A DNA stretch of 63,620 nt, filler included, from Octopus bimaculoides (GCF_001194135.2; 5 parts of 5 records of this genome joined end to end with filler, not necessarily neighbours in it), one strand, 5' to 3'. Shown: positions 37,525-49,799, counted from the first letter of the whole stretch. The notes: a model not told the origin generated them from the sequence alone. Translations and numbers: made by a program.

Positions 37525-37980
37525 AACCTTTTCTACTAAGGGGACAAGGCCTGAAATTTGCGGGGAGGGAATTAGCTGATTACATGGACCCCAGTGTATC
37601 ACTGGTACTTAATTTATCGACCCCATAAGGATGAAAGGCAAAGTTAACCTCTGTGGAATTTGAACTCAGTACGTAGCGGCAGACGAAATATCGCTAAATA
37701 TTTCGCCAGACGCGTTAACGATTCTGCCAGCGCACCGCCTTAAAAATAGCAGTAATAATTATAACGATTCCAAATTGTTGCCACAAGGGCAGCTTCAAGG
37801 AGGGGGATTAAGTCGATTACATCGACCCCAGTGCGCAACTGGTACTTATTTGATCGACCCTGAAAGGACGAAAGGCAAAGTCGACCTTGGCGGAATTTGA
37901 ACTCAGAACATAGCGACTGGGGAAAATACCGCTAAGCATTTCGTCCAGCGAGCTAACGATTCTGCCAGCTCAGTCGCCTG
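37525..37980 (-). mobile_element. Two tandem tRNA-SINEs (GCCTTTCATCC-core family)
   Basis: Reverse-complemented head and core twice (about 37525-37742, 37770-37980). Confidence 0.88.
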
Positions 37981-38440
37981 ACGTGATACACACGGATCCG
38001 AGTTTCTGCGTTTTGACCCGTCATCAGCATGTGGCAATCACCTGTTGGTGATGGGAAGTGATTCTTAATGCAAATATATATATATATATATATATATATG
38101 TGTATATATATATATATATATATACTTATTCCGGCTTTGTGAGTTCAAGTCGGAGCCACAGTCGAAATGTTTAACATAATGAAAAACCACGATGGAGATC
38201 GGTAAATTAAAAGATAGATCGATGGGAATTTTAAATGAAAGTGAAATCACCTTTGCCAATAGACATCTATGTTACACTTTTATCTTTTATATGTTTCAGA
38301 CGAAAAAAAAAGAAAAAAAAGGCTGTGGACATGCTGGAGCAGCGCCATTCTTAATTTCTCTGGAGTTATGAAGTTTAAATTTTTGTCGGCATCATGAGAG
38401 TAGACAGATACACAGATCGCGAGCGATGTACATACGTGTT

Positions 38441-38455
38441 ACTACTACTACTACA

Positions 38456-38511
<56 letters not shown>

Positions 38512-38608
38512 CATTTCTACTACTACTACCACCACCACCACCACCACCACCGACATTACTACTACTACTACTAATGCTACCACCACCACCACCACCACTA
38601 CCATCTCC

Positions 38609-38643
<35 letters not shown>

Positions 38644-38654
38644 CACTACCATCT

Positions 38655-38731
<77 letters not shown>

Positions 38732-39060
38732 ATTACCATTAATAATTTTATCACTAGTCATAGGAGAAAAAGTAGTAGTGGTAGTAGCATAAGAAGTAGT
38801 TGCAGTAGTAGTAGTAGAAGTAGTAGTAATAGTAGTAATGGTGATGGTAGAGGTGGTGGTGGTGGTGGTGGTGGTTGCAACTTCGTTATTTGTCACATGC
38901 AACAATATCAACGTGCCAATTGACGATGACATCAACAACAATAGAAACAATAATAACAATAATAATAATAACAATAATAACAATAACAATAATAACAATA
39001 ACAATAATAACAATAACAATAATAATAATAATAACAATGATGATGATGATGATGATGAAG
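38441..39060. repeat. Compound (ACT/ACC/AAT/AGT/AAC/GAT)n microsatellite
   Basis: Trinucleotide runs. Confidence 0.96.
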
Positions 39061-39271
39061 TGTTGTTACGTAACTCGCATAGATGGCTGAAGTTGCACGG
39101 TAACTGAACATTGCCTATTATACATACAATGTATCTCATTTAATATATATACTGGGAAAGAGGTGTGTGTGTATGTGTGTGTGTGTACGTTTGTGCGTTT
39201 GTGCATATACAAATATATACATAGACATATACAAACATGAATATAGACTTACATAAAGGTATATATGTACA

Positions 39272-39324
<53 letters not shown>

Positions 39325-40046
39325 CTATCTATATATATATATATATATATACATACATATATATATANNNNNNNNNNNNNNNNNNNNNNNNNNNNNNNNN
39401 NNNNNNNNNNNNNNNNNNNNNNNNNNNNNNNNNNNNNNNNNNNNNNNNNNNNNNNNNNNNNNNNNNNNNNNNNNNNNNNNNNNNNNNNNNNNNNNNNNNN
39501 NNNNNNNNNNNNNNNNNNNNNNNNNNNNNNNNNNNNNNNNNNNNNNNNNNNNNNNNNNNNNNNNNNNNNNNNNNNNNNNNNNNNNNNNNNNNNNNNNNNN
39601 NNNNNNNNNNNNNNNNNNNNNNNNNNNNNNNNNNNNNNNNNNNNNNNNNNNNNNNNNNNNNNNNNNNNNNNNNNNNNNNNNNNNNNNNNNNNNNNNNNNN
39701 NNNNNNNNNNNNNNNNNNNNNNNNNNNNNNNNNNNNNNNNNNNNNNNNNNNNNNNNNNNNNNNNNNNNNNNNNNNNNNNNNNNNNNNNNNNNNNNNNNNN
39801 NNNNNNNNNNNNNNNNNNNNNNNNNNNNNNNNNNNNNNNNNNNNNNNNNNNNNNNNNNNNNNNNNNNNNNNNNNNNNNNNNNNNNNNNNNNNNNNNNNNN
39901 NNNNNNNNNNNNNNNNNNNNNNNNNNNNNNNNNNNNNNNNNNNNTATATATATATCTAAACATACATATACATATATATACACACTCACATATCCATATA
40001 TACATATATACATATATATATATATGTCTATACGTACACATACATA

Positions 40047-40104
<58 letters not shown>

Positions 40105-40357
40105 CACGCACGCATATATGTACATGTATTTATGTATATGATTTTGTATATGTATCGTTAATATTTGCCGTTCATATATTAGGAATCACGCCATAGCTAT
40201 GTGTGTATGCTATCGCTCTGCATACAAACCTAAGTATACGCATTTCTGTGTGCTGATATATATAAATGAGCATGCGTATACGGGCATTTATAAATCCATT
40301 TACGTATCTTTCTATTTAAGTATACAAACATGTTCACATATGTTTATTTATGATTGA

Positions 40358-40514
40358 AGTGAAGGCACGTGGTTCAGTGGTTAGAGCGACGAGTTAACAA
40401 TCATGAGGTATTGAGTTCCATTACCGGACTGGGCTGTGCGTTGGGTTCTTGAGCAAGACACTCTATTTCACGGTGCTCCAGTTCACTCAGCTGTAGAAAT
40501 GAGTTGCGACATCA
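40358..40514 (+). mobile_element. OR-type CORE-like SINE, 5' half (cut by a gap)
   Basis: gtgaaggcacgtggttcagtggttagagc..ttgagcaagacactctatttcac. Confidence 0.8.
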
Positions 40515-40614
40515 NNNNNNNNNNNNNNNNNNNNNNNNNNNNNNNNNNNNNNNNNNNNTTAATTAATTAANNNNNNNNNNNNNNNNNNNNNNNNNNNNNN
40601 NNNNNNNNNNNNNN

Positions 40615-40647
<33 letters not shown>

Positions 40648-40789
40648 CTAGATGGAGAGGTGGAGAACCATGATGAGTGGCAAGATTTTTGTAAAGATTA
40701 ACCAATATTTAACAGGATGAAAAAATAGCATAAAAGGATGGTGATGAAAATTTGTGTGTATGAGTGTGTGTGTGTGTCAATGTCACATT

Positions 40790-40960
40790 TACATACATAA
40801 ACACACAAACACACATAAATATCACAAGCTCATACCACACATGTAAGTACACACACACACATACACACACAAATATCACAAGCTCATACCACATATAAAC
40901 AAGCACACATATGTACATCGCCCCCGACACAAATATCACAAGCTCATACCATACAAAAAT
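40790..40960. repeat. Three-copy minisatellite (acacaaatatcacaagctcatacca) in a CA-rich tract
   Basis: Unit seen near 40808, 40866 and 40926. Confidence 0.8.
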
Positions 40961-41190
40961 ACACACACACACACACACATATATATATACACCCCCACAC
41001 ATACACATATATACACTCACACTCTTACACACACATATATACACCCACACTCCCACACACATACACACATTTTCACTTTTATATACACATGCAGATAAAC
41101 AGATACAATTCTGCATATTGCATAAATGATTTAGTTAAAAGGTTAACTACCTACATGTACACATCTTCAAGCATCAAAAAAGTAGTCAGT

Positions 41191-41235
<45 letters not shown>

Positions 41236-41415
41236 TATATACATATATATATATACATATATATATATACATGTCTGTATGAGTTAGAGGTAAAGAAACC
41301 CTCTAAAGGATATTAAATATCTAATATACTACTGGATGTGTACCTACGTATTTTTAACCAAATGCTTACTATTGCATGACAATATTGCAGTTGAATACTT
41401 AAACATACGTCTACA

Positions 41416-41588
41416 CAGTTCTATATTTAAGAGGTGAGGAATTATGTACATTATTTACATTTGACGGATATTTGTCCTCATCTTGTTTGTTGTTAACACA
41501 ACATTTCGGCTGATATACCCTCCAGCTTTCATCAGGTGTCCTGGGGGAAATTTCGAACCTGGGTTCTCATTCCTAAGGTATTTTTCGA

Positions 41589-41619
<31 letters not shown>

Positions 41620-41792
41620 TTTATTATTCAGGTCACTGCCTGGAATTGAACTTGGAATCTTGGGGTTAGTAGCCCGCACTCTTAATCACTACGCCATGGC
41701 ATAGTGGTTAAGAGCACGGGCTACTAACCCCAAGATTCTGAGTTCGATTCCAGGCAATGACCTGAATAATAATAATAATAATAATAATTATG

Positions 41793-41829
<37 letters not shown>

Positions 41830-41992
41830 TAATAATAATAATAATAATAACAACATCGAATGAGGACCCAGGTTCGAAATTTCCCCAAGACACTTGATGA
41901 AGGCTGGAGGGTATATCAGCCGAAACACTGTGTTAACAAGAAACAAGATGAGGAGAAATATCCGTCAAATGTAAATAATGTAAATAATGTAC
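41416..41992. mobile_element. Head-to-head inverted pair of tRNA-head/(AAT)n/hammerhead Penelope-type units
   Basis: Minus copy 41416-41697, plus copy 41696-41992, palindromic junction gccatggc; tacttaaaca duplicated at the flanks; hammerheads at 41495-41540 and 41889-41934, both mutated. Confidence 0.92.
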
Positions 41993-42088
41993 TTAAACAC
42001 ATGTTTGTAATCAATTAATAAATAGATATAATTGAATGTTTACTGGCTGACGTTTGTCAATTGTATATCCTCTCCATTTTCTTATTTG

Positions 42089-42162
<74 letters not shown>

Positions 42163-42329
42163 ATAGAATTTTTCTTTATTTCCATTGATTAAAGAGAGAA
42201 ATTTTTGTTTTGTATAAAATGTACTGAATTGTTTGATTTAAAGCGGTTAAAAATGATATTAAGGACGACATTAATAATGGTATTAAAGAATAATAAAAAG
42301 GAGACACAAAAGGAAACGTAGAATGGTTT

Positions 42330-43115
42330 ATATATGTGTGTGTGTGTGTGTGTCTTTATACATATACATATATATTCAAAAATATGTGTGTAATATATGT
42401 GCGTGTGTGTGTCTGTGTGAGAGCTTGCATGCATGTGTGTGTGTGTGTGTGTATACATATATATTCAAAAATATGTGGGTAATATATGTGCTATTTCTTT
42501 ACTACCCACAAGGGGATATACACAGAGAGGACAAACAAGGACAGACAAATGGATTAAGTCGATTATACCGACCCCAGTGCGTAACTGGTACTTATTTAAT
42601 CGACCGCGAAAGGATGAAAGGCAAAGCCGACCTCGGCGGAATTTGAACTCAACGTAGCGGCAGACGAAATACCGCTAAGCATTTCGCCCGGCGTGCTAAC
42701 GTTTCTGCCAGTTCGCCGCCTTTATGGGTAATATATGTGCGTGTGTATGTCTGTGTGAGAACATGCATGCATGTGTGTGTGTATACACATACATATATAT
42801 TCAAATATATACATGTAATATATGTGTGTGTGAGTGTGTGTTTGTGTGAGCATGCATGTGTGCGTGTGTGTGTGTATACACATACATATATATTCAAATA
42901 TATACATGTAATATATGTGTGTTTGTGTGAGCATGCATGCATGTGTGTGTGTGTGTATACGCATACATATATGTTCAAATATATGCGTAATATATGTGCA
43001 TGTGTGTGAGAACATGCGTGTGTGTGTGTGTGTATATACATACATATATATATTCAAATATACATGCGTGTGTGTGACAGCATGTGCATGTGCGTGTGAG
43101 AGAGAGCATGTGTGC
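42330..43115. repeat. Minisatellite of about 80 bp (tatattcaaatatat..gagcatgcatg) interrupted by a SINE
   Basis: Unit recurs about 7 times. Confidence 0.85.
42492..42724 (-). mobile_element. Young tRNA-SINE with Tx1-like tail
   Basis: Perfect 16-bp TSD tgggtaatatatgtgc (42476, 42725); tail ccccttgtgggtagtaaagaaatag. Confidence 0.93.
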
Positions 43116-43262
43116 ATATGTGTATGTGAGTGTGCGTGCTTATATACCTATTGATACTTATATATTTATTTCTTTTAAGATTGAAACCCATTAGAACAAA
43201 TGAAATTTAATTGATCAAGTAATTGAGCAGCAAATACATTTCTGTATGTATGCATATATGTA

Positions 43263-43326
<64 letters not shown>

Positions 43327-43354
43327 AGGGCATTACTATACAAGAATGCCTCAT

Positions 43355-43673
43355 GCTAAGAGGGATTCTAAGGTCAAAAATGCTTACGGTACGAAACCAG
43401 AAATACTTGACGAACTGAGGGCAACAGTTGAGTAAGAATAAACACAAATATGAACATTATGTTTCTTGATGTTTGCAATTCTGTTGTGGTACATCATCAG
43501 CAATGCCTGGACCAGAATGGTCATTAGTTTGAAAATAACCATTCATGCTAAAAATCGAATTCTGTCTGTAGATTCTATTAAATTTTGAAATTGAAACCTA
43601 ATAAACACTGGCTTTGATAAACACTGGTTTTATAACAATTCAATATATGTATATATTTTTTAGGGACACCCTG
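43355..43673 (+). mobile_element. Tc1/mariner 3' fragment with right TIR
   Basis: KPEILDELRATVE..DVCNSVVVHHQQCLDQNGH*FEN; ends ggacaccctg|TA. Confidence 0.8.
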
Positions 43674-43930
43674 TATATACACACATACATTCATTTATAT
43701 ATACATATATACATACGTATGCATTTAAAGATATATATATATATATATAGCTCTCTGTCTGTCTGTCTGTCTGGCTCTCTCTATGTATATATATAAAACT
43801 TAATAAACACCATATATTTTTACGAGGTACTAACAGCTCATAAAAATATATACTCTGTTTATTAAATAATATTTATCTCTCACTAGATGGAATATTTTTT
43901 TTGTTAATTTTACCATCATGGAACAATACA

Positions 43931-43967
<37 letters not shown>

Positions 43968-44029
43968 TATATATTGTTGTGTCTGGGGTGAGTCATACTG
44001 CCTTAATATCTGACAAACAGACTAGTTCA

Positions 44030-44545
44030 GTTTCCACTCATTTACATTCTGGGTTCAAATGCTGCTGAGGTCAACTTTGCCTTTCATCCTTTTGGGGTCA
44101 ACAAATTAAGTACCAGTTGTGTACTGGGATCGATCTAATCAACTGGCCCCATCCCCCAAAATTTTGGGCCTTGTTCCTAGAGTAGAGAAGATTATTATAT
44201 ATATATAGGAGTGACTGTGTGATAAGTAGCTTGCTTAGCAACCACATGGTTCCGGGTTCAGTCCCATTGCAAGGCACCTTAGGCAAGTGTCTTCTACTAT
44301 AGTCTCGGGCCGACCAAAGCCTCGTGAGATGGAAACTAAAAGAAGCCCATCGTATATATGTGTGTGTGTGTGTGTGTATATATGTTTGTGCATGTGTGTC
44401 CCCCAACAACGCTTGACAACCGATGCTGGTGTGTTTACGTTCCAGTAACTTAGCGGTTTGGCAAAAGGGGCTGTTAGAATAGTAGTAGGCTTACAAAGAA
44501 TCGATATCGATTTGTTCGACTAAAGGCGATGCTCCAGCATGGCCA
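44030..44545 (+). mobile_element. GCCTTTCATCC-core SINE (about 44030-44190) followed by a CORE-like microsatellite SINE (about 44208-44545)
   Basis: Family diagnostic sequences. Confidence 0.85.
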
Positions 44546-44669
44546 CAATCAAACGACAAAGAATATATATATACACTGGGCGACACATTGTGTTCTTGAG
44601 CAAAACACTTCATTTCATATTGCTCCAATCACCCCCTTTCAATCAAGGGGGAATGTTGGCCTGGTTGCC

Positions 44670-44711
<42 letters not shown>

Positions 44712-45666
44712 NNNNNNNNNNNNNNNNNNNNNNNNNNNNNNNNNNNNNNNNNNNNNNNNNNNNNNNNNNNNNNNNNNNNNNNNNNNNNNNNNNNNNNNNN
44801 NNNNNNNNNNNNNNNNNNNNNNNNNNNNNNNNNNNNNNNNNNNNNNNNNNNNNNNNNNNNNNNNNNNNNNNNNNNNNNNNNNNNNNNNNNNNNNNNNNNN
44901 NNNNNNNNNNNNNNNNNNNNNNNNNNNNNNNNNNNNNNNNNNNNNNNNNNNNNNNNNNNNNNNNNNNNNNNNNNNNNNNNNNNNNNNNNNNNNNNNNNNN
45001 NNNNNNNNNNNNNNNNNNNNNNNNNNNNNNNNNNNNNNNNNNNNNNNNNNNNNNNNNNNNNNNNNNNNNNNNNNNNNNNNNNNNNNNNNNNNNNNNNNNN
45101 NNNNNNNNNNNNNNNNNNNNNNNNNNNNNNNNNNNNNNNNNNNNNNNNNNNNNNNNNNNNNNNNNNNNNNNNNNNNNNNNNNNNNNNNNNNNNNNNNNNN
45201 NNNNNNNNNNNNNNNNNNNNNNNNNNNNNNNNNNNNNNNNNNNNNNNNNNNNNNNNNNNNNNNNNNNNNNNNNNNNNNNNNNNNNNNNNNNNNNNNNNNN
45301 NNNNNNNNNNNNNNNNNNNNNNNNNNNNNNNNNNNNNNNNNNNNNNNNNNNNNNNNNNNNNNNNNNNNNNNNNNNNNNNNNNNNNNNNNNNNNNNNNNNN
45401 NNNNNNNNNNNNNNNNNNNNNNNNNNNNNNNNNNNNNNNNNNNNNNNNNNNNNNNNNNNNNNNNNNNNNNNNNNNNNNNNNNNNNNNNNNNNNNNNNNNN
45501 NNNNNNNNNNNNNNNNNNNNNNNNNNNNNNNNNNNNNNNNNNNNNNNNNNNNNNNNNNNNNNNNNNNNNNNNNNNNNNNNNNNNNNNNNNNNNNNNNNNN
45601 NNNNNNNNNNNNNNNNNNNNNNNNNNNNNNNNNNNNNNNNNNNNNNNNNNNNNNNNNNNNNNNNNN

Positions 45667-45845
45667 GTATATTATTGACATTATTTACATTTGACGGATA
45701 TTTGTCCTCATCTTGTTTGTTGTTAACACAACGTTTCGACCTGATATACCCTCCAGCCTTCATCAGGTGTCTTGGGGAAATTTCGAACCTGGGTTTTCAT
45801 TCCTAAGGTATTTTTCGATGTTGATATTATTATTATTATTATTAT
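45667..45845 (-). mobile_element. Penelope-type terminal-repeat unit (cut by a gap, head missing)
   Basis: Same sequence as 41416-41640. Confidence 0.9.
45725..45771 (-). ncRNA. Minimal type I hammerhead ribozyme, catalytic core intact
   Basis: GACAC CUGAUGA A GGCUG-loop-CAGGUC GAAAC GUU GUGUU: stem I GACAC/GUGUU, palindromic stem III ACGU, predicted cleavage after GUU; stem II has a bulge or wobble. Confidence 0.75.
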
Positions 45846-45949
45846 TCAGTAATGAAATACTGCTAAGCATTTCACCCGGCGGGCTAACGTTTCTTATTTC
45901 TTTATTGCCCACAAGGGGCTCACATTTCTGCCACCTTGCCACCCTTTAT

Positions 45950-46772
45950 ATATTCTTTTCTACTTTAGGCACAAGGCCCGAAATTTTTGGGGAGGGGGGG
46001 CCAGTCGATTAGATCAACCCCAGTATGCAAGTGGTACTTAATTTATTGACCCCAAGAGGATGAAACGCAAAGTCAACCTTGGCAGAATTTGAACTCAGAA
46101 TGTAAAGACAGACACAATACTGCTAAGCATTTCACCTGGCATGCTAACGTTTCTGCCAGCTCGCCACCCTATGTTGCAGAAGTGTTAGGACTGGTGCTTC
46201 TGGTGGTATAAAGCATCCAGGACAGTGCCACGTAAAAGTGCCAGGGCAGTGCCACATAAAAGTGCATGTGTGGTGCCACGTAAAAGCACCCAGTGCACTC
46301 TGTAAAGTGTTTGGCATTAGGAAGGGCATCCAGCTGTAGAAATGATGCCAAATCAGAGTGGAGTCTGGTGCATCCCCGCTGGCTTGCCGACTTTGGTCAC
46401 ACCATCCAACCCATGCCAGCATAGACAACAGATGTTAAATGAGGATGATGGTAATGATGATGATGATGATGATATGTAAATGCATGCACATTCACAACTG
46501 GTGAGTGGTAGGACTGAACCCAAAGCCAAGTGATTTCAAAATGAAAAAAAGTCAATTGTTTATGTTATTATAACCTTTTCTACTCTAGGCACAAGGCCCG
46601 AAATTTGTGGAGGGTGGTGGGGGGGTGTGGCAGTCGATTAGATCGACTCCAATATGCAACTGGTACTTAATTTATTGACCTCAAAAGGATGAAAGGCAAG
46701 ATCGACCTCGGTGGAATTTGAACTCAGAATATAAAGACAGATGAAATACTGCTAAGCATTTTGCCCAGCATG
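45950..46772. mobile_element. SINE cluster: two minus GCCTTTCATCC-core SINEs (about 45950-46168, 46570-46772) and a plus (GAT)n-tailed SINE-like repeat (about 46168-46475)
   Basis: Diagnostic sequences; the (GAT)n family has tandem gtgccac(g/a)taaaag units and ttaggaagggcatccagctgtagaaa. Confidence 0.8.
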
Positions 46773-46799
46773 TTTTATGTTATTATAACATGTCAATTA

Positions 46800-47467
46800 T
46801 GGTGACAAGAGTTCCAGTCAATCTAATTGACAGAACAGCCTGCTCATGAAATTAATGAGAAAATGGTTGAGAACTCCACAGACACACATACTCTTACTCA
46901 TATTCTCAGGGAGATTCAGCATGACACTGATTATGACAAGGGTGGCACTTTGAATTACAGGTACAACACATTTTTGCCAATTGAGTGGACTGGAGCAACA
47001 TGAAATAAAGTGTCTTGCTCAAGAACACAACACACTACTGGGAATTGAACTCAGTCTTACAATTGTTGGCCAAATGCCCTAATCACTAGGCCACAGACCT
47101 TGACATGTTATTAATTAACTAACGAAGAAGAGTCAAAAAAAGAAGCACTCCATCGGTTACCACGACGAGGGTCCCAGCTGATACAATCAACGGAACAGCT
47201 TGCTCATGAAATTAACATGCAAGTGGCTGAGCATTCCATAGACATGTGTACCCTTAACGTAGTTCTTAGGGAGATTCAGCGTGACACAGAGTGTGACAAG
47301 GCTAGCCCTTTGAAATACAGGTACTACTCATTTTTGCCAGCTGAGTGGACTGGAGCAACGCGAAATAAAGTGTCTTGCTCAAGGACACAACGCATCACCA
47401 GGAATTGAACTCACAACCGTACAATCGTGAGCCGAATGCCCTAACCACTAAGCCACGTGCCTTCACT
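46800..47467 (-). mobile_element. Two tandem OR-type CORE-like SINEs (about 46800-47100, 47134-47467)
   Basis: The second copy has a 12-bp TSD acgaagaagagt (47122, 47468). Confidence 0.9.
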
Positions 47468-48124
47468 ACGAAGAAGAGTAGAACAGCACAGACAATGGTG
47501 TTTGCAAAGATTGCTCCAGAGTAGTAACAACAAATAAGTTGTTTTCCAAAACTCAAAACCTTTGTACCAAGTCAAAATAAATCAATACTTATGAAAACTG
47601 AAAATCTTGTTTTAATGTTTTTATAATTATTATAATTTTTTTTATGCATCGTTTCTTTATAAGCAGCATCACTGAAGATTAGACAGTTGGTGCTGAACAA
47701 TTTATTCCAGAAATAAAATAAAATCGTTTTTATTCAGAACAACTTGTAGTCTTCCAATAATTTGCAAGTTTTGTTTGGCATAGAATCCAAGTTGTTTTAA
47801 AACAAAGCTAAAAACAAAATCCATTGCTTTTTCCTTTGGGTATGAAGTATTTTGGCATAGTTCTTTTGACACTGCTTATACGGCATTACCAATTTGACAC
47901 TAACTTATTTTACACCAGGCATTTTAATGTTTGTCTCGTTCCTTTCCTCCCACCTCTCTCTCTTTCAGTTTGTGTGTGTGAGCATATTTCCTTTAATGTG
48001 TATGAGGAGAAGGAAAGTGTTTTTGTCAGTTGTGTTCAAATAATAAATTGTAGAGTCACTTTTTCTCCCCACCCCTCTCTCTCAGCTTATGGGCGTGAGC
48101 ATATTTCTTTATGTATATGAGGAG

Positions 48125-48178
48125 GGGAGGCGCAATGGCCCAGTGGTTAGGACAGCGGCCTCGCGGTCATAGGATCAT
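48125..48178 (+). mobile_element. OR-type tRNA-Arg SINE head fragment
   Basis: ggaggcgcaatggcccagtggttaggacagcggcctcgcggtcatagg. Confidence 0.8.
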
Positions 48179-48479
48179 TATTATTTTCTATTATATTTTT
48201 ATATTTAGCTATTATTAGGAATTGTATTTAAAAAAATGCAGCACGGAATTTTGTCAGTGAACAAGTCACAGTCTCGAAGCGACGAAAATATTTTGGCAAG
48301 TGTTTCTTAAATGGCTTATAAACACCTTCCACACTGCAATTGTTTTCGTTTCAGCACACGATCTCAGATCAGGTCACTTACTATGCAAGTATCTCCGTAA
48401 TATAAAAAAAACATTTGGTGTATTGTCGAAGTATAACCATTGTATTGCATATAAATTTTCACAACAAAATCTTATATGG

Positions 48480-48518
48480 ACTACCAAGGGTCATTTGGAC
48501 CCTATTTGAGAACCACTG
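48480..48518. mobile_element. Possible hAT-Charlie-like terminal inverted repeat (single end)
   Basis: ttgagaaccactg is the reverse complement of CAGTGGTTCTCAA; partner end not found. Confidence 0.35.
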
Positions 48519-49220
48519 CTTTAGGGCCTTATTTTTACTAAGACGAACAAGCCTTCTCAAGCATGTCATGTATGTAGGTGTAGGTTTATATAAAATCATA
48601 CATGCATTTATAATATATGTATAAGATTATGTATAAACCCACGCACAGGATCCACTTAGAAAGACGTATATACACATATATTATATTTTTATAATGAATA
48701 ATGTTTTGCCCTTTCTTTCCAAAAAATATAATAAAACTTTGATCATGATTATTGTTGTAAAGAACAAAAATATCATATTCCAATGAAGAATTACTCTTGA
48801 AAAATCTAGAATAAGGTTTCTTCACATTTATAAAATAACCTTTCGATCTATTTCTTCTCTTGTTTCTATTGCAAAAACGTATTATTTTTATTTATTTCAA
48901 TGCCTTATCAGCATTGTCACTCTGCATTTATTTACAGGAATTAACTCTTTCTATTAAGTTGGTTTTTCACAGCAAGGAATATTGTTAAGATTCTCTTCCT
49001 TGCAGTTGCTTTAAAAAAAAATTTTAAAAAAGGCCTGATTTCTCTGTGATTTGAAGTAATGTCATTGGTAAGTTAGAGTAACCTTTCTGATGCAACATCT
49101 GACTGCGTAGTAGCAATTCTATGCTTGGCTCCATAGATATGGTTCTGCATCGGACTACTCTTTTACTTGTTTCAATCATTTGACTGTGGCCATGCTGGAG
49201 CACCACCTTAAAGGGTATGG

Positions 49221-49707
49221 AGTATGGAGCACAAGTGCAATTTCAATAAAGAACAAAATAAGAATCTTTAACACTAACGTAAAAGCGGTGTTATTGTATG
49301 GGGCTGAGACATGGCGAACAACAGTTAAGTCAAATAAGCAAATACAACCATTCATTAACAGGTGCTTGCGTAGTATACTTAAAATCAGATGGCCCGAACA
49401 CATAAGCAATATGGAGCTATGGCAAAGAACGAATCAAGTTTCGATTAGGGCACAGATATTTAAGAAAAAGTGGAAGTGGATTGGTAGCACAATTAGAAAA
49501 GACGCACCAAATGTAGTGAAAAGTGCTTTACAGTGGAATCCGGATGGATATAGAAAGAGGGGTAGGCCTAAGAACTCGTGGAGTAGATCAACACAAAAGG
49601 AACTAGAGAAAGGGGGACATTCATGGCAGAGTATAAGTACAGAAGCGAAAAATTATGTGGCATGGAATTCAATTATAATTGGCCTATACTCCGCGTTGGA
49701 GGGTTAA
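49221..49707 (+). mobile_element. RTE-clade LINE 3' fragment with an uninterrupted reading frame
   Basis: KIRIFNTNVKAVLLYGAETW..FINRCLRSILKIRWPEHISNMELW..KWKWIG..ALQWNPDGYRKRGRPKNSW. Confidence 0.93.
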
Positions 49708-49799
49708 ATGCAAGAAAGCAAAAAAGAGATGTTATGTCTGAATATCCTACAACTGAAAATGATTGAGATATCTAAATCTGTCCACACACCTCTAGTAAT

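Noticed and set aside
38000-38030. Second hammerhead-like motif on the minus strand (CTGATGA-cgggtcaaaacgca-GAAAC)
   Set aside because: Stem II pairs poorly and I could not find a convincing stem I/III or NUH site; may be a decayed relic or chance.
38375-39139. Poly-Thr/Leu/Ser mucin-like ORFs (also 12433-13025, 33888-35809)
   Set aside because: Pure trinucleotide microsatellite read-through with no unique domain or splice context.
44529-45806. Long ORFs of 200-425 aa crossing N runs (also 8354-9257, 32197-32976, 39237-40161, 50258-51130)
   Set aside because: Open only because N codons translate as X.
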